The notes under the pieces were generated by a model, which searched no databases, had not been told where the DNA came from, and saw only the letters and a program-made list of their open reading frames with translations. A program made the position numbers and the translations under genes. Below are positions 41,131-50,611 of a DNA stretch of 64,000 bases, piece by piece. Source of the stretch: Bdellovibrionota bacterium. GTDB taxonomy: Bacteria; Bdellovibrionota_C; UBA2361; JBGSMV01. Every line of letters begins with the position of its first letter. Position 1 is the stretch's first letter. Where the stretch lies: positions 15,465 through 79,464 of the forward strand of contig JBIKWF010000007.1 of assembly GCA_044356455.1 (NCBI GenBank). The letters run 5' to 3'.

Positions 41131-42513
41131 TTAGGCGAGCTGGAGCTTTATGTTCTCAATTCTTTCAGTCACCAATGACTGATATTTTTTCAGGTGCGCT
41201 TCGTCGGCAGCTTCAAAGCGCATGACCAGCACGGGCTGCGTATTTGAGGCGCGGACAAGGCCCCAGCCTTTTTCAAAGGTGATACGTACTCCGTCGATAG
41301 TCTCAACCTTGAATTCTCCAAAAGCTTTTTTTGCAAGCTCTGGAATCTTAAATTTAATATTCTCAGGGCAATCGACGCGTATTTCAGGAGTCGCGATCAT
41401 TGGGGGCACTTCGGTAAGTAGTTCAGAGGCTTTTCCAGTGAAGTGGCTCATAATTTCCGCAAAACGAAGCGATGCATACAGCGCATCATCAAAGCCAAAG
41501 TAGCGATGCTTGAAGAAGATGTGGCCACTCATTTCGCCCGCAAGTTCGCCGTGCAGCTCTTTGAGCTTGCTCTTAATCAGCGAATGGCCGGTCTTCCACA
41601 TTACGGCTTTGGCACCTAAGGAGTTTAGTCCATCAAAGAGGCGCGAAGAGCACTTCACGTCGCCTATGATTGTGGCGCCGGGGCAGGTGCGCAGGATTTC
41701 GCGGCCGTAGATGTAGAGCAGCATGTCGCCAAAAATAATCTGTCCGCGCTCATCTACCACGCCAATTCGGTCCGCATCCCCGTCCCAGCCAATGCCAAAG
41801 TCGGCCTTGGTTTCAAGAACCTTTTTCTGCAGGTCGACCACGTTCTCGGGGACAGTTGGATCGGGATGGTGGTTTGGGAAGCGGCCGTCAGGCTCGCAGA
41901 AGATCTCAATCACTTCGCAGCCGAGGCCACGCAGTACGGCAGGTCCTACAAGGCCGCCGACGCCATTGCCAGCGTCAACTACAATCTTAAGTTTACGAGT
42001 TCCAAAGTGTCCCTTGGCGTTTTCGATCAGGTTCTTAATGTAGGTTTCCCGGATAGGGAGCTCTGATAGGGTGCCCTTTTTCGATGGCGAGGCTGAAGGC
42101 TGCTTTGCTTCCTTAAGTACGCGTTCCTTAAGATCCTGGATGTCAGGACCTGAGAGCGTGTGAGTTCCGAGGCACAGTTTAAAGCCATTCATGTTCGAGG
42201 GGTTGTGGCTTCCCGTGACCTGGATTGCGCCGCCAAGTTTTTTCTCGAAAAGAGCAAAGTATACTTGTGGCGTGGGGCCCATGCCGGTGAGGCATACGTC
42301 AATCCCGCTATCGGTGATGCCACGCGCGAGTGCTGCCGCGTAGGCCTCAGAGGAAAGACGGCAGTCACGGCCGATTGCGATGTTGTTTTTGCTTTGCTCG
42401 CGGGCAAGGGACGCGTAGGCTTTGCCAATCAAATAGGCAAGATCTTCGGAAAGATCTACCCCAACGGTGCCGCGGATGTCGTATTCACGAAAAACAACTG
42501 GATCGATATTCAT
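41131..42513 (-). CDS. Phosphomannomutase/phosphoglucomutase (AlgC-type)
   Basis: FREYDIRG, TGSHNP, DGDADR, GEMSGH, GLVRASNTQP. Confidence 0.95.
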   Translation of the reverse strand: MNIDPVVFREYDIRGTVGVDLSEDLAYLIGKAYASLAREQSKNNIAIGRDCRLSSEAYAAALARGITDSGIDVCLTGMGPTPQVYFALFEKKLGGAIQVTGSHNPSNMNGFKLCLGTHTLSGPDIQDLKERVLKEAKQPSASPSKKGTLSELPIRETYIKNLIENAKGHFGTRKLKIVVDAGNGVGGLVGPAVLRGLGCEVIEIFCEPDGRFPNHHPDPTVPENVVDLQKKVLETKADFGIGWDGDADRIGVVDERGQIIFGDMLLYIYGREILRTCPGATIIGDVKCSSRLFDGLNSLGAKAVMWKTGHSLIKSKLKELHGELAGEMSGHIFFKHRYFGFDDALYASLRFAEIMSHFTGKASELLTEVPPMIATPEIRVDCPENIKFKIPELAKKAFGEFKVETIDGVRITFEKGWGLVRASNTQPVLVMRFEAADEAHLKKYQSLVTERIENIKLQLA

Positions 42514-42607
42514 AGCGTAGCCTCAAAGATGCACTTTAAAATTTTAATACCACGGGGAGCAATCAATGAAGAGGTATGCTGCCCAAAACCAGGACCCAGG
42601 GAACCCC

Positions 42608-42748
42608 AGGACCTACTGAAAAACCTAAAAATGAGCTTTTCTGCAATGTTTTTACTCCGCGTACTCAGCGTCCTCCGCGTTATTCAATAGTTTTCAAGTA
42701 ACGCGGAGGACGCTGAGTACGCGGAGGAGGATTTTTCAGCAGCTCCCT
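42608..42748. mobile_element. MITE-like nested palindrome, subtype C (different inner hairpin, degenerate shell)
   Basis: AGGACCTACTGAAAAA...TTTTTCAGCAGCTCCCT shell; 28-bp perfect arms CTCCGCGTACTCAGCGTCCTCCGCGTTA / TAACGCGGAGGACGCTGAGTACGCGGAG. Confidence 0.72.
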
Positions 42749-42788
42749 CGAACGGCGCCCGGGGAGTACGTGTCCGTCCGGAAACGTT

Positions 42789-43946
42789 TTATACCTTTCT
42801 GTCGATAGTGTGAAGCTTCATAAGATCGGTGGTGAAGAACGTTTGGACGCGTTCTTGAAGCTTCTTCTCTGTGAGCGCCTTGCGCACTTCAGATAGAATG
42901 CTTTCATCAACTTCCTTCTCCTTCTCTAGGTATCGCCTCTCAACTAGGAAGAGGCGGTACCCGTCAGGAAGCTCAACGAGTGGGGTTACCTCTCCTTCCT
43001 TAACCGAGAGGAGGGCCTCGAAGACTTTGGGACTTAGTTCCTCTTCTGCCACTACACCAAGGGAGCCACCTTCAGCGGCTTCGGCGCCTTCTGAATACGC
43101 TTCAGCCACTTTCGCAAAAGGACGGCCTTCCTCGATTAAAGTGCGAGCTTCTGTTGCGCGCGCAAGAGCTTCTTCCTGCGTGCGGGCTGAGTTACTGACA
43201 ACAATTTGGCTGAGTTTTACCTTTGAGCCGGCTCGAGTGAGGGCCGGATGTTCTTTGAGATATTGTGAAATGTCTTCGTCGTTGACGGCGGCACCTTGCT
43301 GCATGAGCTGCGCAATAAGACGGGAACGCAGGATGTCGGCTTTTACCTGGTCGCGGTAGACATCGACACGTTGAGCGTGGGCACGAAGTGCAGTCTCAAA
43401 TTGGTCGCGTGACATCTTATTTTTTTTTGCGACTTCCTCTATGTAGCCATCGATTTCTGGATCAGTTACGCGAATCTTTCGATTAGTCGCTTCTTCCTCT
43501 ATGAGATGTTCAAAAATCATTTGCTCAAGAGTCTGCTTGGCCTGTGGATTGGAGGAGAGTGCACTTAGAGAAAGCGGGGCTGAGGAACCCAGTCTGGTGG
43601 CGACATCGGCGAGAGTGATAGGTTTGCCATTCACGCTTGCTACCACGGCGTCTACCACCAGCTCAGAGCTCGTGGCGCTCTTGTCAGCGCTTTCGAGGGC
43701 ACTAGAGTTTTCCTTGGGCTGAAAGATGCTGTTCTGTGCGCGGGCTCTTGCTGAGCTCATTTCTTTCTGACTCGCGGCTGCTACGCTTTTGCCTGAAGGT
43801 GCCGCCTGGGCAAGAGGTGTTGCGAGGGCGCGAGAGGGATAGGCGATGATAGCTAGCGCCCCCGCAGCTCCTAGTAGAGCTGAGAGAGTGGTAAAGCCAA
43901 GACGAGGGCGGGGCAAAAGCCGTACTGTTACCTGCATGGGGGGCAT
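42789..43946 (-). CDS. surA: SurA-family chaperone / parvulin PPIase
   Basis: VDAVVASVNGKPIT, FAKVAEAYSEG..AAEGGSLG; ATG 43946 (or 43937) avoids overlap with the divergent sigma gene. Confidence 0.82.
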   Translation of the reverse strand: MPPMQVTVRLLPRPRLGFTTLSALLGAAGALAIIAYPSRALATPLAQAAPSGKSVAAASQKEMSSARARAQNSIFQPKENSSALESADKSATSSELVVDAVVASVNGKPITLADVATRLGSSAPLSLSALSSNPQAKQTLEQMIFEHLIEEEATNRKIRVTDPEIDGYIEEVAKKNKMSRDQFETALRAHAQRVDVYRDQVKADILRSRLIAQLMQQGAAVNDEDISQYLKEHPALTRAGSKVKLSQIVVSNSARTQEEALARATEARTLIEEGRPFAKVAEAYSEGAEAAEGGSLGVVAEEELSPKVFEALLSVKEGEVTPLVELPDGYRLFLVERRYLEKEKEVDESILSEVRKALTEKKLQERVQTFFTTDLMKLHTIDRKV

Positions 43947-44019
43947 GGTAGTAACCGCGCAGTTGTTTGGCAATTGTGGGGAAAATTTACCCACTGCGGC
44001 CATCCTGGGGGTCTCTTTC

Positions 44020-44625
44020 GTGACAGTAGCCTTAGATTTCACTACGTTAGTCGACGAGCATGGGGATTACCTGTTCCGGGTAGCCCTCCGGCACTTTCCC
44101 GAGAGGCATCGGGCCGAGGAACTCGTGCAGGAAACCTTTGTAGCTGCGTTAGAGGCTGCCAGCCGCTTTCAGGGGCACGCGAGCCCTCGAACCTGGCTTA
44201 CCTCTATCCTGAGACACAAGATTATCGACGCAATTCGGCGCAAGGTTCGGGAGGAACCTCCAAGGCTCGAAGCCTCGGAGTCCCTTGACCAGTACTTTGA
44301 GCGAAAAGCGCATTGGAAGCCGGGAGCCGAACCGCAGCCTTGGCAAACGAGCCCTGAGACGCTTCCCTCTCAAAAAGAGTTCTTTGGAGTACTAAGGAAT
44401 TGTCTTACTACTATCCCAGAGACTCAGCGCCAGGTCTTTGTACTGCGCGAGATTGATGAGCTTGATCCGGAAGAAATTTGTAACACGATGAGTCTTTCAG
44501 CTACCAATGTACGGGTGCTCTTGCATAGGGCGCGTCTTGCTCTCAGAAAATGTCTCGAAGCAAATTGGTTTGGGAAGGTGGCGGACGGGAGAAGCAACAG
44601 TTCTTTCAAGCGAGGTGCTACATGA
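44020..44625 (+). CDS. ECF sigma factor (copy 1)
   Basis: HGDYLFRVAL..AEELVQETF..FQG..SPRTWLTSILRHKIID; VFVLRE..EEIC...TNVRVLLHRARLALRKCLE; GTG at 44020. Confidence 0.9.
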   Translation: MTVALDFTTLVDEHGDYLFRVALRHFPERHRAEELVQETFVAALEAASRFQGHASPRTWLTSILRHKIIDAIRRKVREEPPRLEASESLDQYFERKAHWKPGAEPQPWQTSPETLPSQKEFFGVLRNCLTTIPETQRQVFVLREIDELDPEEICNTMSLSATNVRVLLHRARLALRKCLEANWFGKVADGRSNSSFKRGAT

Positions 44626-44864
44626 TACCTTGTAAGAAGGCGAGTGAGCTCATGTCGCAGGGTTTGGACGAACCACTTTCGTGGTGGTGCAAGCTCTTAC
44701 TCAACATTCACTTTCTCTATTGCTCTGCCTGCCGCAGATTTTCTGATCATCTTAAGGTCCTTAGAGCAGCACATAAATCGAGCTTGGCCGATGGCGAAGA
44801 AAGGTTAAGTTCAGAGGCGAGGGGAAAAATTCGTGCCGCTTTGGCGGAGCGTGAGACGCATTAA
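44622..44864 (+). CDS. Zinc-finger (zf-HC2-type) anti-sigma factor (copy 1)
   Basis: ATGA overlap; C..ASELMS...HFLYCSACRRF...LSSEARGKI. Confidence 0.85.
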   Translation: MIPCKKASELMSQGLDEPLSWWCKLLLNIHFLYCSACRRFSDHLKVLRAAHKSSLADGEERLSSEARGKIRAALAERETH

Positions 44865-44950
44865 AGGTAGAAATCCAGGTTTGATCTTCCAGTCAATTTG
44901 GGGGCGTTACAATTATCTTACCGTTCTTCAGCGAATTTAAACGCACCACA

Positions 44951-45099
44951 CTAGAGACCCTCTGAAAAACGTACCTCTGTGTACCTCTGTGTACCTCTGA
45001 GTCCTCTGTGGTGAAATTTTCATAAAGAAATTCACCACAGAGGACTCAGAGGTACACAGAGGTGTATTAGGAATGAAGGTTTTTCAGGGGGTTCCCTAG
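44951..45099. mobile_element. MITE-like nested palindrome, subtype B, with CTAG direct flanks
   Basis: CTAG-AGACCCTCTGAAAAA...TTTTTCAGGGGGTTCC-CTAG; inner 10-bp units GTACCTCTGT; the right CTA is the glpK stop on the minus strand. Confidence 0.85.
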
Positions 45100-46595
45100 G
45101 AATAGAAGGCGTTAATTGCTCCCGCAGCTCTTTGCCAGCTTGAAACAATAGCGTCTGCCTCTTCACCGTTCATTTGCGGAGCAAATACGCGAGAAGCCTG
45201 AGGGGCAGCCTCTGCGCCGGGAGCGCCGAGTCCACGCAGCGCGGCGCGTGCTGCGCCAAGGGAGGTTAGCTCGCTGTGCACAGGCCGAGTGATGGTTGCT
45301 TTTAAGACGTCCGCTTGAAACTGCATCAAAAAATTGTTGTTTGAGGCGCCGCCGTCTACCCCAAGTCGCGAGATCGGTGTGCCCGCGTCTTGTTCCATGA
45401 TTTTTACGAGTGCGACATTCTGGAGTGCAATTGCCTCAAGGGTTGCTCTGATAATTTGCGCTTTGGACGTGCCTAGTGAGAGTCCCACAATTGCAGCCTT
45501 GGCCCTGGGGTTCCAGAAAGGCGCGCCAAATCCAGTAAAGGAGGGGATTACCTGTACCTCTGGATCTCTTATGTCCGACTGCGCCAGGGCCTCACTTTCC
45601 GCGGCATCTCCCATCCAGCCAAACTTATCGCGTAAATATTGCAGAGAAGATGCTGCAACAAAAACGCTCCCCTCGAGGGCAAAAGTGCGTGCTTGAGCAC
45701 TGCTCATGGCGACGCTGCAGAGTAGCCCCCCTCGGGGTTTTACGGGAGCCTCTCCAATCGGAGAAAGAAGGAAGGAGCCAGTTCCAAAAGTTATCTTTCC
45801 TTCACCACGAGCCGTGCATCGGTGGCCAAAGAGCGCCGCTTGCTGGTCCCCCAAACAGCCCATAATAGGAATGCCATCCGGGAGCAGGGGGTGTTTGCTC
45901 GTGGTGGCTAAGAGCCCCACGCTCGGGCGAATTTCGGGAAGGAACTCTCTGCGAATTCCAAAAAGATCGAGCAGATCGTCTTCGTAGTCCCCCTTCGTGA
46001 GCCCATAGAGCATGGTTCGGCTCGCATTGGTGTGGTCGGTTACGTGCGATTGGTGGTTGCTGAGGCGGTTTATGAGGAAAGAGTCGATAGTACCTAAGGC
46101 AAGCTCTCCGCTCGCAGCCCAGCTCTTCACTTTTGAATTGTTCTTTAGCAGCCAGGCAATTTTTGTAGCGCTAAAGTAGGGGTCAAGAAGTAGCCCAGTT
46201 GCTGTTTCAATGCGGTCCCGAATAGTTGCATCTTGTCTTAAGGTCGTGCAGGCATCCGCAGTGCGCCTGTCCTGCCACACCACTGCGCGGCCCCCGAGTT
46301 CGCCGGTCTTCTTGTTCCATGCGGCGATAGTTTCTCTTTGATTGGTGATTCCAATCGCTGCAATTCTCTTGGTGGGATTGGGGTAGCGCTTTTCTGCAAG
46401 GTCAAGAGCGCCCTTAAGTGCTTGTAATGTGCTTGTCCAAATTTCATTGAGATCGTGTTCGACCCAGCCCGGGGCGGGATAGTACTGGGGGAATTCCACT
46501 TTTCTGTGTGAGACGATCTCGAGGGACTCGGCATTAAAAAGAGCGGCCTGGCTCCCCGTCGTTCCTTGATCAAGAGCGAGAACAAGATTCGTCAT
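45096..46595 (-). CDS. glpK: Glycerol kinase
   Basis: LDQGTT, GWVEHD, GITNQRET, VWQDRRT, DPYFSATK, TNASRTML, GDQQAALFG, DGGAS. Confidence 0.95.
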   Translation of the reverse strand: MTNLVLALDQGTTGSQAALFNAESLEIVSHRKVEFPQYYPAPGWVEHDLNEIWTSTLQALKGALDLAEKRYPNPTKRIAAIGITNQRETIAAWNKKTGELGGRAVVWQDRRTADACTTLRQDATIRDRIETATGLLLDPYFSATKIAWLLKNNSKVKSWAASGELALGTIDSFLINRLSNHQSHVTDHTNASRTMLYGLTKGDYEDDLLDLFGIRREFLPEIRPSVGLLATTSKHPLLPDGIPIMGCLGDQQAALFGHRCTARGEGKITFGTGSFLLSPIGEAPVKPRGGLLCSVAMSSAQARTFALEGSVFVAASSLQYLRDKFGWMGDAAESEALAQSDIRDPEVQVIPSFTGFGAPFWNPRAKAAIVGLSLGTSKAQIIRATLEAIALQNVALVKIMEQDAGTPISRLGVDGGASNNNFLMQFQADVLKATITRPVHSELTSLGAARAALRGLGAPGAEAAPQASRVFAPQMNGEEADAIVSSWQRAAGAINAFYS

Positions 46596-46625
46596 AGAAG
46601 TCCTCACGAAGTTGAAGCTTTCTCT

Positions 46626-48392
46626 TTAATCCATTGTTGCCGTAATTTCTCGCACTTGGAAGCGAGAAGATTCTCGGGAGGGAGACGCGGGATTGGACCA
46701 CGCCAGCCAGAAGAGTTGAGGTGTAGGCTGGGGTTCTAAGCGTGAGGGCGTCTGCTCGCAAAAAAGCAGGCGAAAGCCGCTGGGAGAGGTAGTAACCTTT
46801 CTCAAGACAAAGGACTCACGCTCCCTTTGCACAAGAATAGAAGGAGGAGTCTTTTCGTGAGACTCAATAGCAATGGCGATGCATGGAGTTCGATAGAAGA
46901 AGAGTGGGGTGGCTCCCCGCGCTGTGCAGTCAGTTCCAAGGGCCCATCCCGACGCGAGGTGAATAATCCCGGGCAGCAATTCGCGAGGTGGGCACTCGTA
47001 ACTCTTTGGTAAATTCGTAAGAGGCTCAGCGATGAGCTGGGTAGGCCCGGCTTGTGTGAGGCCGCTTTGAAATTCGTGCTCAGATCCCGTGAAGCCTTGA
47101 GTAGCCCACCAGCAGTGTAATGCAATCAGAGCGGTGAGGGCAGGGAGCCTTGCTGAAGGGTGTTGCATGAGGGTGAGGAGGAGGGAAAGCGCGGCGAGTG
47201 AGAATGCTGGGGCGAAATCTGCGCTGAACCTAGAGGCCAAGCTCGGGGAATGAAGATAAAATAAAAACTGCGCAGTACTGCATAGAAACGAGAGTACTCC
47301 AACTTTTGCCTCAAAGGGTAGAGGCTGGCGCATGGCGAAAGCTTTTCGCGCCGTCAGTCCCGTGTTGGTCCATGCCACCAACAGTATGACAAGCATCAAC
47401 CAATCGTAGGAAAAAAAGTAGAGCTCTCGAAATCGGAGCGTGGTTGATTGACCAGCGAAAAAATGTTCTTTAAAAAAATCAAAGCCGTTGCTTGCGCCGC
47501 CGGCAAAGAAGAGAAAACCCAGGAGTTCTCGCGCTGCGCTTAGGAGCGACTCGTGAGAGAAGGGCGAGCCGAACTTGAGGGCAAGGTTTAGAAGCGGCTG
47601 GTCGGAAAGGCTAAGTCCGTGCCCAAATTCTAGCGCATTTCCGAAACGGTAGTGGTTAGTGACGAGCCACGCGGCAGGGGAAAGAGAAAAGCCAACAATC
47701 CCGCACCAGCGCTCTTTCCAGGAGCGCGTTCGTAGCAAAGGTAGGAACAGGAGTGTTCCATAGAGTAGTAGCGTTGGTCTGAAGAAAACACTAAATCCGG
47801 AGCACAGGGCAAGAAGATAAAAATAGCTGGGCCTCGATGCTCCTTTCCATGCCAGCCCAAGGCAAAGCCAGGTCCAAAAGTACCCCCAGGCGATGGCCTC
47901 CTCGTATACGAAAAATCGCCCCGCGAGGAGCCCGATAAGGGGAGGCGATGAAAACATGAGCACCAGCAGCGCGCTAACAGCGCAAAGCCCTGGCATACGT
48001 TGACATCTCGTCGCCTGCCTGCCAGAGGCACTATGAAAGCCTGTTAAGGTAACTATGCCGCTTACCAGTGCCAGTAAGAAAAGTGCGAGTCGATCGGGAA
48101 AAGGGCTTGAGGTGAGTGAATTTGAAATCAGATCGAGAGGGAGGCGCATCAAGGGGACTCCGAGCCCCCAAATTTGCTGACCTTTCCCTTGGGACCATGC
48201 CCAATCGTGGGCAAGGAGCAGGGGCGAGTCTGTGAGAGCAAAGTGCCCAGCTGCAAGGCTGGCGCTCTGAATTCTGAAAGACGGCTCTATGGAATACCAA
48301 TGTCCGTTAAGAGATAGGTTTCCCGTTCCAAAGAAAAGCAGGACAGCGAAGAGCAGTGCGAGCAGCGCCCCACGGGGACGAAATTGTGGCAT
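46626..48392 (-). CDS. Polytopic membrane protein, possibly a GT-C-like glycosyltransferase
   Basis: 588 aa, about 11 TMs, FFVYEEAIAW, NHYRFGNALEFG, SRFSADFAP; the family call is tentative. Confidence 0.6.
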   Translation of the reverse strand: MPQFRPRGALLALLFAVLLFFGTGNLSLNGHWYSIEPSFRIQSASLAAGHFALTDSPLLLAHDWAWSQGKGQQIWGLGVPLMRLPLDLISNSLTSSPFPDRLALFLLALVSGIVTLTGFHSASGRQATRCQRMPGLCAVSALLVLMFSSPPLIGLLAGRFFVYEEAIAWGYFWTWLCLGLAWKGASRPSYFYLLALCSGFSVFFRPTLLLYGTLLFLPLLRTRSWKERWCGIVGFSLSPAAWLVTNHYRFGNALEFGHGLSLSDQPLLNLALKFGSPFSHESLLSAARELLGFLFFAGGASNGFDFFKEHFFAGQSTTLRFRELYFFSYDWLMLVILLVAWTNTGLTARKAFAMRQPLPFEAKVGVLSFLCSTAQFLFYLHSPSLASRFSADFAPAFSLAALSLLLTLMQHPSARLPALTALIALHCWWATQGFTGSEHEFQSGLTQAGPTQLIAEPLTNLPKSYECPPRELLPGIIHLASGWALGTDCTARGATPLFFYRTPCIAIAIESHEKTPPSILVQRERESFVLRKVTTSPSGFRLLFCEQTPSRLEPQPTPQLFWLAWSNPASPSRESSRFQVREITATMD

Positions 48393-48735
48393 AGAGTACT
48401 CGATGCTTTAACCTTTGCGCAGATTTTCGTCTAGAAGTCTGTACCTTAGAAAATTCTTACCGCCCCGTGTCGCAGAGACTACGGGACACGGGCCTTGGAG
48501 GTTTTGATTCTCTTAGTTCTATTACTCTGCTAGGATCGGGGGCTCGAATTCTAATAGGACAAGTGTCGGGAGCTTGTAGGGAGGGCGATTGCCGGTAGCG
48601 CGAGATAAACAAGGTAGCGGTGTTGCCTTAGGCAAGCAGGCTGAAAGTGGCGGCGCTTTTTTGCCTGAGGGGCACGACTTACCAGAGACCGGCTTGCGGA
48701 ACTCAGAGCCCCTTCCCAAGGAGGGAGCGCCGCAA

Positions 48736-49311
48736 ATGACCTCCGGTAGTTCTGTAGGCCCTGCCGAGTGGGTTGAGGCGCATGGAGATTATCTTTTTCG
48801 GTTCGCCTTGCTGCGTGTGCGAAATAAGTCGCTAGCCGAGGATTTGGTTCAGGATGCCTTAGTCTCTGCTCTCAAGGCGTGGTCTCAGTTCGAGGGGCGT
48901 TCCTCGGTGCGAACGTGGCTTACTGGTATTCTCCTTAACAAGATTATCGACCATTTTAGGGCGTCAGAGCAGCGACTAGTTGCTGCGCACGATCCCAGTG
49001 AGCTTTCGGGTAGCGTTGATAAGCATTTTACCAAGATGGGGATTTGGAATTCCGTCCTTAGCGATTGGGCGTCTAATCCCCAAAAACACCTTGAGAATAA
49101 GGACTTTTTGGGGGTTCTCGGCAACTGTGTCGGTAAGTTAACCCTCGTTGCTCAGAGGGTGTTTGTGCTTAAGGTTCTAGACGGCTTATCAACTGAAGAA
49201 GTCTGTAATATTTTGAAGGTGACGCCGTCTCACGTATGGGTTCTTGTGCACCGGGCGCGACTTGCGCTTCGAGATTGTATTGAGCTCAATTGGATTAAAG
49301 CGGAGTCATAG
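48736..49311 (+). CDS. ECF sigma factor (copy 2)
   Basis: WVEAHGDYLFRFAL..AEDLVQD..FEGRSSVRTWLTGIL.NKIIDH; EEVCNIL...VWVLVHRARLALRDCIE; ATG at 48736. Confidence 0.9.
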   Translation: MTSGSSVGPAEWVEAHGDYLFRFALLRVRNKSLAEDLVQDALVSALKAWSQFEGRSSVRTWLTGILLNKIIDHFRASEQRLVAAHDPSELSGSVDKHFTKMGIWNSVLSDWASNPQKHLENKDFLGVLGNCVGKLTLVAQRVFVLKVLDGLSTEEVCNILKVTPSHVWVLVHRARLALRDCIELNWIKAES

Positions 49312-49344
49312 CGTTGTCCTCTTAAGGCTGCGTTTTAGTTAGAT

Positions 49345-49698
49345 ATGGCACAGTCTTGGATGCGCAATCTCAACCTCCTCTCTTGTCGGCGTTACGCCGA
49401 GCTTGCTTCTAAGCGCCTTGAGTGCTGCAGAGAATCGGAGCTCCCCAAAGAACAAGGCGGCTTGCGAGGCTTCGAGGCCTTCTTTTACTGGTTTCATCAC
49501 CTCATCTGCATGGTTTGTCGGCGATATAATCGCCAGATTTCAATGATTGATACCGCGGCGCGCTGCTCACTTTCGGAGCACCTTGGGACGGATTCTCATG
49601 GTCCGGCCCTCTCATTAGAGGCTAAAGCGCGCCTGGAAGCTACGCTTCGGGGTGGCGGGTCAGGCACAGAGAACGGCGACACCAAGACAGAGTCCTAA
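49345..49698 (+). CDS. Zinc-finger anti-sigma factor (copy 2)
   Basis: LSCRRYAELASK...HHLICMVCRRY...LSLEAKARL. Confidence 0.8.
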   Translation: MAQSWMRNLNLLSCRRYAELASKRLECCRESELPKEQGGLRGFEAFFYWFHHLICMVCRRYNRQISMIDTAARCSLSEHLGTDSHGPALSLEAKARLEATLRGGGSGTENGDTKTES

Positions 49699-49763
49699 AA
49701 GGGGTCCTAAAAGGGGTCCTAAAAGGGGTCCTAAAAGGGGTCCTAAAAGGGTCCTATTAAGGG
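49693..49763. repeat. 12-bp tandem repeat (VNTR-like)
   Basis: TCCTAAAAGGGG x4 perfect, one 11-bp unit and one degenerate unit; the first unit contains the TAA stop of 49345..49698. Confidence 0.92.
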
Positions 49764-49957
49764 AGCCTCTACCTAGTCTCTCATTTAGCGTCAGCGCCTG
49801 GCTCATTTTATTTGTAAGTTCCAGCGCATCCTCCCGTCTTATGGGCACTAGGGAATGCGGACTTTTCAAGAAGATTTTGCCCTTCCCTTAAGGTCTTTAA
49901 ACTGTTTAGCCAAGGCAACCACATGCTGCCTCAAACCCCGTTTAGGCGAGGTTCTCT

Positions 49958-50341
49958 ATGAAGTCGGTAAAGCTTGAGAATGTATATGTAATTGACGAGG
50001 ACTTTCTTTCTCGTACCCAGGCACGTAGCTGGATGGAAACCCCCGAACAACGGCTTCTCTTTGCAATTCTAGAACGTGCAGTGAGAGATTTCCTTGGAAA
50101 TCGTCAGCAAGACTTGATTTCTGCGCGAGACTGGTTGTTTGAACTTGGCGATGATCTCCAGAAATCTCCTTTTTCCTTCGATTGGGTTTGTGAGGAGTTG
50201 GGCATTGATGTGGGCCAATTTCGCTCGCGGCTCATGAGGGCTGAGGCAAGTGTGCGGCATCGTGCTGGCGGGTATAATTCTTTTAGTCCATTCCTTCAGG
50301 AGCCTGAGGCGGGGGAAATTGCACTCGTGAGCGCTGCCTAG
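49958..50341 (+). CDS. Conserved-looking hypothetical protein
   Basis: GAGG RBS; PEQRLLFAILERAVRDF...ARDWLF...PFSFDWVCEELGID. Confidence 0.75.
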   Translation: MKSVKLENVYVIDEDFLSRTQARSWMETPEQRLLFAILERAVRDFLGNRQQDLISARDWLFELGDDLQKSPFSFDWVCEELGIDVGQFRSRLMRAEASVRHRAGGYNSFSPFLQEPEAGEIALVSAA

Positions 50342-50400
50342 GAGTGTGTCCCGTTGCCACCACAGCATGTAGTGATCCGAATTTTCTACGGGACAGACTC

Positions 50401-50539
50401 CTAAGGAACCTCTAAAAAAACTCACCTCTGTAAACCTCCGAGTCCTCTGCGGTGAAATTTTCATCAAGAAATTCACCACAGAGGGCACGGGGGTGCACAG
50501 AAGTGTATGAAGAAGGAGGGTACTTGCAGAGGTTCCCGA
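50401..50539 (+). mobile_element. MITE-like nested palindrome, subtype B (decayed)
   Basis: CTAA-GGAACCTCTAAAAA...TTGCAGAGGTTCC; inner loop GGTGAAATTTTCATCAAGAAATTCACC nearly the same as in the 44951 copy. Confidence 0.8.
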
Positions 50540-50611
50540 TGGCGAATTCTGGGTTGTGACACGGGTAAAGGCGCTGGTAACGTGAGCCAGTAGTCTTTTT
50601 ACCGGATTTTC

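Noticed and set aside
43846..44042. Real antisense overlap of surA and the ECF sigma ORFs
   Set aside because: An artefact of longest-ORF starts; using ATG 43946 (minus) and GTG 44020 (plus) removes the overlap and fits the family N-termini.
49693..49763. CRISPR array
   Set aside because: 12-bp units in direct tandem with no spacers and no cas genes.
49652..49891. ORFs encoding (PKRG)n or (LLGP)n peptides
   Set aside because: They are translations of the 12-bp tandem repeat, with no RBS or family support.
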